Assembly: GCA_002269645.1 (NCBI GenBank)
Contig: NIVC01001492.1
Coordinates: 3,094-67,093 of the forward strand
Direction: 5' to 3'
DNA: 64,000 bases
Source of the DNA: Macrostomum lignano
Lineage: Eukaryota
The notes below the pieces were generated by a model. The model saw only the letters and a list, made by a program, of their open reading frames with translations, made no database searches and had not been told where the DNA came from. Each line of letters begins with the position of its first letter. Within the stretch, counting starts at the first letter, position 1. The position numbers and the translations under genes are program-made. Positions 1 to 11,700 of this stretch are shown piece by piece.

Positions 1-128
1 TTCAAGCACGCCAATGCTAGCTCGTAGAAAGTTATGCATGTTAAGTCTCTGTGCTTTGGGAGTCGGTTCGGGGAACTGGGGCACAAAAAAGTTATCGAAT
101 TTTCCATTTCACACCTAACACTGCTCAC

Positions 129-1883
129 CTCATCTCGCTTTTTCTTCAGCACCAGCTTAAAATCGCGAATCTTTTCATCTTGTTCGCGAAATTTCTCCTT
201 CAACTTGACGTGGTCCTGGTACAGGCTGAGGTATTTATCCTCCAGATCTTCGCGCAACCATTTGCCGATCATCGCTTTGTCCAGCTGGTTGGCGGTGAGC
301 GGCTGCAGCGGCGGGACGCCATTGGCGAATTTTGCAGAGTCAGGTCTGCTGCGTTTCACTGGCAGATGGCCCGAGTCCATGGCTTCTGCTGCAGCAATCA
401 ACGATGCGATACGATTATAATTAAATATTTTCGTTATGTCTTATGGCCAATATATTGGCACAATTACCTGACAGAGTATCTACATGGTATTCAATCTTTA
501 ATTGAAAGAACTATTTTTAGTGCAAATTTTCAGAAATTATTCATGTCGGCTGACTATACTAACTGTTCTGTAGCAATATGACTCAAAATTAGCAACCATA
601 TAATTAAATACATGTTTTTATTTGAAGTAAAAAACATAAATCAAGCTTTTCCACCTCTTAATTTAATCTGTAGGAATAGCTCTATGATTAAATAAATTAG
701 ACTTTTGAAATGTAGAAGCCTTTGAATTCTCCCAATTTTTCTTAAATTTGTTTGAAAAAATATGTATAAATTTTGTGGAGAAAGAACTTCAAAGGATTTA
801 ACTTTTTGAATCATATTTCTTTCAAAATGTTTTCAATCATATAACCATAATATTGCTATCTGATAAATTTGACTTTCTACTATCTATAAATATACTGCAC
901 TAAAATTGGAGATGAGAGTACTATAGAGAGCCTGCCAAGGAAAAAAGTAAAATTAAAGAGCAATCATAGTGTGGCCTAATTTGTGGCGCATGACCAAGAT
1001 GGCCACAGCTCTAAGTGTCTAAATAGATGATAATAAGCCTTGGTCTATATATTTCACTTATTTCCTATTGGTAATAATTCGAGAAATAAATACCAAAAAG
1101 ATGCTATATTATAATTGTATTATATTAGGCCCCTATATTATAGTCATTCCTTTGGCTTTAGCTTTTATTTATAGCTTGATCTATAGATATTTATTCAGCT
1201 ATATCAAGCAAGTAGCCTAGGGCCTAACACAAAATAAATACCTTGACTTGGTGCATATTTATCTTAATTTTTGTATAGCATTACTAGTAGCAATATTTGG
1301 TTTCTTAATAAACAGATACTGATAGATTTGATAGATGTAATGATAGGGAATAAATTGGCATAAACACTGAAAAAGATGAAAGTTTTTGTATGATAGGTAA
1401 TTAGTTTCAAATCGATTATTACATTAGTATTTATGAATGTGATTGATTGAACATAATATTTACTATAAAAATAGCTACTATGTTGCTAATTAATAATAAA
1501 AAAAGAGAGCAGAGCCAAAGATATTCAATGTTGTGGCCATCTTGTTCTTACACCTAATTTTAATATAGCGTTTTTTGAATTCTCTACATTTCAATCTCTA
1601 ACCTTCAGAATGGATATATTAAAACCTGTGCAGGAGCATATAAAATAAACAGGAATTGCAAATTTTACTCTTTTTAATATTAATTTAATATTAATATTAA
1701 TTTTTAATAGACTACTCCCTCTACTTCTACTACTTCTTTTAATATTAATAGACTAGTCAAAAGTTTAAGTAACAATCGACTAAATTCAGTCAAAGAAAGT
1801 TGCAGTAAGACACAAAACTTGTAGTGAAGAAGAAAAACTACTCTTTGTTTGGTTGTTGTACCGCCAAACAGGATCTCCTCCAT
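129..1883 (-). CDS. RPGRIP1L: RPGRIP1L/MKS5 (Fantom)-like ciliary transition-zone protein, 5' part only (gene continues beyond the left edge)
   Basis: Hand-assembled exons 1883-1862 (MEEILFG, donor GTACAA) and 388-129 (acceptor ttgctgcag, donor GTGAGC) join in frame to give MEEILFGAEAMDSGHLPVK...REDLEDKYLSLYQDHVKLKEKFREQDEKIRD. This matches the remembered RPGRIP1L N-terminus (GDLPVK...[30 protein letters not shown]). A tandem CAGCAG acceptor at 391-386 allows a 3-nt alternative. Not called in the ORF track. Confidence 0.75.
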
Positions 1884-2707
1884 GGCCCCCAGATTTTTGC
1901 AGAAGTTGACGGAAATATTCGAACAAATCTGAAAGAATTATAAAGCTGAACCAGTCATGACAATAAATAATATACCTACCTATAAAGTAGGTAAAAATTT
2001 TCTGTTGATACTTTTATTTCCCTTTTAAATTTTAGAGTCGAAATAAGTAAGCTTTTGACTACTACATACACAAAATTATGCTTTGTTTATTTTAGCGTTT
2101 TTCAAAAGAATAATTCCGAGAAACTGTATTCAGATATTGGTTTTCGAATCTGATAATAAAATGTGTTTCAAACTGTATATTCAGTGCTTTAAATTTAACA
2201 TTTTGCTTGATTTTAATTCGATTTAGCTTGATTTAGCTCGTGGATCCATGTATATATGCAAATCAAGGACCACTGTGTATGTATATAACTATTATGTAAA
2301 GTGGTCCTTGCAGGAGTTGTTATTGATATTGTGATATTTTTTTAACTAGTGGGATCTACTGTTTATAATAAACTTTTTATTGTACCTCTAGAGCAACATT
2401 CACGTACATATAGTCGTTTCTGACTTTTGCAACTATGGCTAAGCGCCTTTTTTATTTTTACAAAATTAGCCCGAACTTTTATGGATTTCAAAGCGTCGAA
2501 AGGCGCCCACACAAATACAAACCAAATGACGTGGCTGTCTAAAGCAGTTTGGTGCTATTTTGTTTTTATTGAAGAAAAAATGTTCTGTCATTAAAATAAA
2601 CGGCTCGTTTTGAAGCAAAGCAGCGAGTTATAGAAGCAAAATAAATTGTTGTTGTTTCATTATTAATCGATTTCAGCAGAGTGGACGGGCAAGGACCGTA
2701 ACTACTC

Positions 2708-5700
2708 TCAGTAGTAAGTCTCCCGTTCAACAACATTCCCGGGAGACAGTCGACGAAGCAGAAGTTTCCTAATCTCGTCGAAGATAAAGATTAGGCTGCT
2801 GTGGCCGAGCGGCAGGAAGCACCAGACGAATTTCAGCGGCATCATTTTGAGCACCATGTAGGAGTAGGGCACGTAACTCAGCAACATAGCTAAGATGGTC
2901 TCGAAGAACAAGCTGCCGGTCATGGGATGATTTCGCATGCCTGGAATTGAAAACATGTGTGTGCTTCTCTAAATGTACAGTGCAGTTGGTTGCGTGACTC
3001 AGGTTCTACTTCATTTTCTATTCATTTCCGGAACCTGATGTGGCCTTTACTAATTTAGCAATGAAATTAGAAGCAATTTTGATGGTTAAAATTAGGAGAG
3101 GGAGAATCTGACTCGAAAAGTCAAGCTCTGCATCAGCTTATGAATGTACATGTGTAGGCATTGTAGGCGATAATTTCTGCGTTACAGGTGGACAGACTCA
3201 GTGTTACAGGTGACAGACTCAGTTTTACAGGTGACAGACTCAGTGTTACAGGTGACAGACTCAGTGTTGCAGGTGACAGACTCAGTGTTACAGGTGACAG
3301 ACCCAGTGTTACTGGGGACTGTCTCCCTGATTACCTTATCTACATGTGCTTATACTGTATTAGTGTTACAATTATTTGCTTCATTGGTAGATTGGGATGA
3401 TATACAATTAATTATTCTTGTTACAGATGGTTGCCTTTGTGATGTTGTCAGCGTCTCGGTAGAATCTTTCTATAAGAAGATAAAAACACACTGGAAGCAT
3501 ATAAAATGACTTTCCCGTTGGCTGAGAAAGTGATTAAGGTGCATATTCATAGGCCCGAGTTCCCCATAATGATACGAAACTCATTGAAGCGATAAACACG
3601 TTAATGGATTTTCGGTTGCTTTGGCAATAATCTTCTTTGGGCGCGCTGGTTTGATGCTTCTCTGATCTTTCCGGCTGCTCATGGCATAGCAGATGATCGC
3701 ATGATGCGTGTATATCGCACTTTGCTCAGCTGATCGTGTATGATTGATTGGATTGACGGGAAATTCTGCCTCAATGGCACGGACGCTATAGCATGTTTTA
3801 CAAATTCTATAGTAGGAATTCTCTTGTGTACTCGTATTACGCTCGTATTAATCTATTTTGCAGACTTTATGTGTATTTGGATTTGTAGTTATTAATTCTA
3901 AGTTAATATTTGAGTTTGCAGTCATCACTGAGGATTCTGTGCAGTCATCATGCACTGAGGATTCTGCAGTCATCACTGAGGATTCTGTGCAGTCATCACT
4001 GAGGATTCTGTGCAGTCATCACTGAGGATTCTGTGCAGTCATCACTGAGGACTCTGTGCAGTCATCACTGAGGATTCTGTGCAGTCATCACTGAGGATTC
4101 TGTGCAATCATCATGCACTGAGGATTCTGTGCAGTCATCATGCACTGAGGACTCTGTGCAGTCATCACTGAGGATTCTGTGCAGTCATTCTCATGCTCAA
4201 TATTCTGAAAACTTACCCTGCTGGAAGACGGACAATCGCCTGGTCTTGCAGATGACTAAATCCGCCCATTGCACAATCACGATGGCAATAAAGAAGCCGG
4301 TCTGACAGGACATTTCCAGTTTTTTACGCTCGTTGTAGGTCCATTCCTGACCGAATGAGTCCTCCAGACTGTCCTCCGTACGGTTGTCCCAAGGCTCGCG
4401 CAAGAAGAACAGCCTCCTGGGTAGGAAGCCATTGTGAGCCATGATGCAGAAGTACACCAGCCAGCCTGCGGCAGCCTGCAGCATCCCAATCTGCCCGTAG
4501 GCCATGCCGATCAACCGACCGTTGACCAGCCGGTCTCGGCTCGGGTTCCTCGGCGCCCGGCTCATAATGTCGTTCTCGGCCGATTCGTAAGCGAAGCTGA
4601 TCGCAGGGAACATGTCTGTGCCGAGGTCGATGCACAGGATGTGCACTGTGCCCAGGGCCAGCGGCAGGCCCAGCACAATGAAGAATATGAATGGCACCAT
4701 CTCTGGCACCTTCGAGGTGAGCGTGTACGCGATCGACTTCTTCAGATTGTCGAATATGAGACGGCCTGGGAATTTTTTAGCGGATAGCAGTTGGAAGCGA
4801 AATTGAAGTTTTTGACATCCAAAAATGGGGGCTTCTAACTCTAGAATGAATTCTTTGATGTCATTTTTGACAACCAAATATCCTTGATTTGGAAGTTTCT
4901 GACACCCAGACTGAGGCTTGCATTCATTGCATTCCCAACCAAGCAACGCAGCGTGATCTACTCTCCCAAAAAAACGTCTCGATTTCGGTTCATCGAGCTG
5001 GCCTCTCATCCAGTTAAGCCAGTCAACTCAACTGAGCAGCTTTCGTGCCCCACCCCCCAAGAATTCAATCTCTCTGGATTGGATAAAGACAAGCGCCTCC
5101 CCCAAGCTGAGTTGAGACCGACCGACCATAGGAAAGTCCGACGGCGAGGCTGTTTTATGCAATCGAATTGCGAGAGCCGTCGCTAGAGAGGGGGACTTTT
5201 TCAATCGGGAAAACTCTCATTTCTTCCCGGCGACCACTGCCTCTGCCCCGAGCTGCGTAAATCTTACTAAATAACCGTCAGATGCAAATTTTTACTTTTG
5301 AGATTAAATTGACTGGCTGGGCTCGGTTGGGAGCTGGGAAATATGAGCTATTCGAGAGCTCGAATATGACCGTGCCTTGATGATTTTGTGGACGTTAAAT
5401 AAGATGAAATTACCCGAAGGATGTGGCAATTTAAGGTTCATCTGAAATCCTAACCGGAGCTAAATGACTTCACTAACTCTAGTCTCATAAACTCCATCTC
5501 TAATCTTCCCGGAATTCTCTTAGAATATCTCACTTACGACCTCACCTTCTTCAACTCCAACAACAATGGAAGCGAAATTGTCATCCAGCAGTATCATGTC
5601 CGCCGCCTGCTTGCTCACGTCGCTCCCAGTGATGCCCATAGCAACGCCAATGTCCGCCTTCTTCAAAGCCGGCGAATCGTTCACTCCGTCCCCAGTCACC

Positions 5701-8700
5701 GCCACAATATTGCCCAGCTTTTGAAATGCTTCAACAATGATGAGCTTCTGCTGCGGACTGGTCCTGGCGAACACTATCTCCCGGTGTTGGCGAATGATTT
5801 CAACCAGCTCGTCCGCTGACATGTCCTTGAGCTGGCCGCCATTCACTACTCGGGCCTCGGCTTCGGCCGGGTTCACCGATTCTACGGGAACTCCGCGCTC
5901 TTTGGCCAGCGACTCGGGCGTCCGGCTGTTCGGCGAGATGATACCGACACCTCGGGCGATGGCCGCCGCCGTGATTGGATGGTCGCCGGTAACCATGACT
6001 ACCTGTTTTTAGTAACAGTGGACAGTTAGGCTTTGCTTGCAAGCGTTAGGTTAAAAACAGCCCAGCAACAGCCTAGCAACAGCCTAGCAAAAAACTAACA
6101 ACAGTCTAGCAACAGCCTAGCAACAACCTGACAACAGCCTAGCAACAACCTAAAAACAGCCTAGCAGCAAACTAACAACAGCCTAGCAACAGCCTAGCAA
6201 AAAACTAACAACAGGCTAGCAGCAACCTAACAACAGTCTAGCAACAGCCTAGCAACAACCTAACAACAGCCTAGCAACAATCTAACAACAGCCTAGAAAC
6301 AGCCTAGCAAACCTAACAACCTCCTAGCAACAGCCTAGCAACAGCCCAGCAGCAGCCTAGCAACAGCCTAGCAACAACCTGACAACAGCCTAGCAACAAC
6401 CTAAAAACAGCCTAGCAGCAAACTAACAACAGCCTAGCAACATCCTAGCAAAAAACTAACAACAGGCTAGCAGCAACCTAACAACAGTCTAGCAACAGCC
6501 TAGCAACAACCTAACAACAGCCTAGCAACAACCTAACAACAGCCTAGAAACAGCCTAGCAAACCTAGCAACCTCCTAGCAACAGCCTAGCAACAGCCCAG
6601 CAGCAGCCTAGCAACAGCCTAGCAACAAACTAACAACAGGCTAGCAGAAACCTAACAACAGTCTAGCAACAGCCTAGCAACAACCTAACAATAGCCTAAC
6701 AACAACCTAACAACAGCCTAGCAACAGCCCAGCAACAGCCTAGCAACAAACTAATAGTATCCCTGGATTTTACACATTTTTCTCCTTGGCATTATCTCAC
6801 CTTATTGATCTCCAAAAGTTAGCAAGGAATTTTGAAAAGCTAAAGCTACCTGTGCCTGAAATTAGCTTAAACAATTAACAAACCCTCCAAAACCAAATGT
6901 GATTTAAAAAATGAGGAAGAAGCGCAGCGCACCCGGATCCCGGCGCTCCGGCATTTCTCCACCGCGTACGGCACGGCAGCTCGTGGCGGATCGATCATGC
7001 TCATCAGGCCGACAAAGCGATAGCCGGTGAGTGGAAAGTTCACCGTCTCAGTATTGTACTTGTAGTTGTCGGGATAATCCTTGGCAGGTAGTCGAAAGTC
7101 GCAGAAGCCGAGCACTCGCTCCCCGAGGCTGCCCAAGTTTTCGTAGGCGTCCTGAAATTTTTTCTTCCACTTGGCGTCCAGAGCGACCTCGGCGCCGTCA
7201 ACGAGAATGCTCGAGCAGCGGTCCAGAATCCGCTCCGGAGCGCCCTTCATCACGCACAGGTGGCGAGCTTCGCCGTCCATTTGAACAGTTCTGTGCACAG
7301 AAACCTGCATGTGCGTACGACGAGTTTTGAATGTTTAAATCACTCGGCACGGGGTAAAATGGAAAACTTTTGTATTGGTCAGACTGGAAATCTCAGTTGG
7401 AACAATTGAATGTTACTGGGGTCATTGGAATGTAACTGGGGTCAATGAAATGTTACTGGGGTTATTGGACTGGTACAGGGGGTCATTTAAATGGTAAAGG
7501 GGTCATTGGAATGGTAAAGGGGTCATTGGAATGGTACAGGGATCATTGGAATGGCAAAAGGGTCATTGGAATGGTACAGGGGTCATTGGAATGGTTCAGG
7601 GATCATTGGAATGGTACAGGGGGTCATTAGAATGGTACAGGGGTCATTGGAATGGTACAGGGGTCATTGGAATGGTACAGGGGGTCATTGGAATGTTACT
7701 GGGGTCATTGGAATAGTACAGGGGGTCATTGGAATGGTAAAGGGGTCATTGGAATGGTAAAGGGGTCATTGGAATGGTAAAGGGGTCATTGGAATGGTAA
7801 AGGGTCATTGGAATGGTACAGGGGGTCATTGGAATGGTAAAGGGGTCATTGGAATGGTAAAGGGTCATTGGAATGGTACAGGGGTCATTGGAATGGTTCA
7901 GGGGTCATTGGAATGGTACAGGGGGTCATTGGAATGGTACAGGGGTCATTGGAATGGTACAGGGGTCATTGGAATGGTACAGGGGGTCATTGGAATGTTA
8001 CTGGGGTCATTGGAATAGTACAGGGGGTCATTGGAATGGTAAAGGGGTCGTTGGAATGTTACTGGGGTCATTGGAATGGTAAAGGGTCATTGGAATGGTA
8101 CAGGGGTCATTGGAATGGTACAGGGGGTCATTGGAATGGTAAAGGGGTCATTGGAATGGTACAGGGGTCATTGGAATGGTACAGGGGGTCATTGGAATGG
8201 TACAGGGGGTCATTGGAATGGTAAAGGGGTCATTGGAATGGTAAAGGGTCATTGGCATGGTACAGGGGTCATAGGAATGGTACAGGGGTCATTGGAATGG
8301 TACAGGGGGTCATTTGAATGTTACTAGGGTCATTGGAATGGTACAGGGGGTCATTGGAATGTTACTGGAGTTATTGGAATGGTAAAGGGGTCATTGGAAT
8401 GGTAAAGGTCATTGGCATGGTACAGGGGTCATTAGAATGGTACAGGGGGTCATTGAAATGGTACAGGGGGTCATTTGAATGTTATTGGGGTCATTCGAAT
8501 GGTACAGGGGTCGTTGGAATGTTACTGGGGTCATTGGAATGGTAAAGGGTCATTGGAATGGTACAGGGGTCATTGTAATGGTACAGGGGGTCATTGGAAT
8601 GGTACAGGGGTCATTGGAATAGTACAGGGGGTCATTGGAATGGTAAAGGGGTCATTGGAATGGTAAAGGGTCATTGGCATGGTACAGGGGTCATTGGAAT

Positions 8701-11700
8701 GATACAGGGGGTCATTGGAATGTTACTGGGGTCATTGGAATGGTACAGGGGTCATTGGAATGGTGTCGGGTCAGAAAAATAGCAACATGGTCATTCCATA
8801 GTTATCATGTACTTAGGAGGGTCAACGGAGTCACGGAATTTAACTTTACTGGGGTCATTGGAATGGTACAGGGGGTCCTTGGAACGTTACTGGGGTCATT
8901 GGAATCGTAAAGGGGTCATTGGAATGGTACAGGGATCATTGGAATGGTAAAGGGTCATTGGAATGATACAGGGGGTCATTGGAATGGTACAGGAGGGTCA
9001 TTGGAATGTTACTGGGGTCATTGGAGTATTACTGGGGTCATTGGAATGGTACAGGGGGGTCATTGGAATGTTACTGGGGTCTTTGGAGTATTACTGGGGT
9101 CATTGGAATCGTAAAGGGGTCATTGGAATGGTGCAGGGATCATTGGAATGGTACAGGGGGGTCATTGGAATGGTACAGGGGGTCATTGGAATGGTACAGG
9201 GGGTCATTGGAATGGTACAGGGGGTCATTGGAATGGTACAGGGGGGTCATTGGAATGTTACTGGGGTCATTGGAGTGTTACTGGGGTCATTGGAATGTTA
9301 CTGGGGTCATTGGAGTGTTACTGGGGTCATTGAAGTGGTACAGGGGGGTCATTGGAATGTTACTGGGGTCATTGGAGTGTTACTGGGGTCATTGGAACGT
9401 TACTGGGGTCATTGGAATGGTACAGGGGTCATTGAAATGGTGGCGGGTCAGTAAAATAGCAACATGGTCATTCCAAAGGTATCATGTGTGACAGGAGGGT
9501 CAACGGAGTCACTGAAGTTTTACCCTCACCTGAAACTTGTTCTGCGAATTGAAGGGTATCTCAGCCAGTTTCGGGCATTTCAGTCTAGCGGCGGCCACCG
9601 ACTTGACTTCGCTGGGCAGGTTCAGCTCCGAGCACTTCAGCAGGGCCGTCTCGGAGGCGTCGCCGTTAACTTTACGGCGAAGCACCGGATGTGACTCCTG
9701 GTTGGCCTCAAATTTAGCCCGGCTGCAGAGCATAGCAACTCGAACTGAGAAGTTGGTTAGTTCACAAAGACTCAACTGTTTGACACAAAGACTCGGACTG
9801 TTAGACACAAAGACTCTACTGTTAGACACAAAGACTTGGACTGTTAGACACAAATATTCTACTGTTAGACACAAAGAATCTACTGTTAGACACAAAGACT
9901 CGGACTGTTAGACACAAAGACTCTACTGTTAGACACAAAGACTTGGACTGTTAGACACAAATATTCTACTGTTAGACACAAATATTCTACTGTTAGATAC
10001 AAATAATCTACTTTTAGACACAAAGACTTGGACTGTTAGACACAAAGACTCGGAGTGTTAGACACAAAGACTTGGACTGTTAGACACAAAGACTCGGAGT
10101 GTTAGACACAAAGACTTGGACTGTTAGACACAAAGACTCAGAGTGTTAGACACAAAGACTCTACTGTTAGACACAAAGACTCAGAGTGTTAGACACAAAG
10201 AATCTACTGTTAGACACAAAGAATCTACTGTTAGACACAAAGAATCTACTGTTAGACACAAGTATTCGGACTGTTAGACACAAAGAATCTACTGTTAGAC
10301 ACAAGGATTCGGACTGTTAGACACAAAGAATCTACTGTTAGACACAAAGAATCTACTGTTAGACACAAGGATTCGGACTGTTAGACACAAAGACTCGGAG
10401 TGTTAGACACAAAGACTTGGACTGTTAGACACAAAGACTCAGAGTGTTAGACACAAAGACTTGAACTGTTAGACACAAAGACTCAGAGTGTTAGACACAA
10501 AGACTCGGACTGTTAGACACAAAGACTCGGACTGTTAGACACAAAGACTCGGACTGTTAGACACAAAGACTTAGGCCCAGAAACTCATCTGCAATACATA
10601 ACCTACTGTTAGAGACACAATGGACTGGTAGTCACAAATGCGACCTTTATGATCTGAGCTAATAGAACTGAAAATAAATAAATTTGGCCGCAAATCTAGC
10701 TTACACAACGCTGAGCAAGTAACATCGCTAACATCGAATTTCTGACTTCCGCTCTGATTCTCAGTGGTGTCAACGTTGTACACTTTGCCGGAATACCACA
10801 GATGGGCAACCGTCATGCGATTCTGAGTCAGCGTACCTGCAATTAATCGGATTTAAGCGCCATCCACGTAGGTGTTTTTAAATTAAAGTGTGTACCAGTA
10901 ACTAAAAGTACTCTATCTCAAGTTTCACCGGTTTTGTCGGAGCAGATAACAGAGGTTGAGCCGAGCGTTTCGACAGCTTCCAGATTCTTAACCAGACAGT
11001 TTTTCACCGCCATCTGCTTAGCGGTCAGAGTGAGACAGAGCGTCACAGTTACCAACAAACCTTCGGGCACGTTGGCAACAATGATACCAATGAGGAACAG
11101 CACCGACTGGATCCACTTGTAGCCAAAGGCGAATGAGATGCCAAAGAACACCAGGCCGGTGATAACTGCGACCGCCGTGATGATGCGGACAAAGTAGTCG
11201 ATTTCTCTGGCAATGGGAGTCTTGCCCGTGTCCAGACCGCTGGTGAGGTTAGCGATTCGCCCCATCACTGTGTTGTCGCCGGTGAAAGTCACAACACCGA
11301 TGGCCTCTCCTTCGAGTACGTTGGTGGAAAAGAAAGCCAAATTCTTGGTCTCAAGAGGATTTTCGTGTGTAAACTCGGGCGACCTGGGCTGCGGCTCGCT
11401 CTCCCCTGTGAGGCACGAGTTGTCCACCTTGAAGCTCTTGCAGCTCAGAACCCGGACGTCTGCTGGCATTCGATCGCCAGCCTGAACCCGGATGACATCG
11501 CCAACTACCAAATCTGTGGCGGAAACATCCTGCTCGACGCCGCTTCTGATGACACGAGCGTGCTGCGGCACCATCTTCTTGAAGCTGTCCATTATGGCTT
11601 CGGATTTGGACTCCTGGTAGAATGAGAAACAGCCGGTGAGCAGGTTGACAACTGCAAGCACGATGCCTAAGATGAGCTGCTCAATTTGAGCATACTGCCC

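Noticed and set aside
34-581. + strand ORFs of 128 and 176 aa
   Set aside because: Antisense shadows of the RPGRIP1L-like exon on the - strand; the same applies to ORFs antisense to the ATPase, RhoGAP and COX18 exons
2257-2316. Hairpin AAGGACCACT...AGTGGTCCTT between the ATPase and RPGRIP1L
   Set aside because: Only a 10-13-bp stem with no TSD or RNA-family features; probably a tiny MITE remnant
4700-4730. Possible H+/K+-ATPase identity because of the TM5 lysine
   Set aside because: H+/K+ pumps have Lys at the Ser775 position (TKNIPE); here Ser is kept, Lys replaces Asn776, and the Na+ site III residues and C-terminal YY are present
7445-9491. Many EWYRG/MVQG ORFs, plus similar repeat ORFs at 21902-22897 and 23615-24752
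   Set aside because: Artefacts of minisatellite translation inside introns or MITEs
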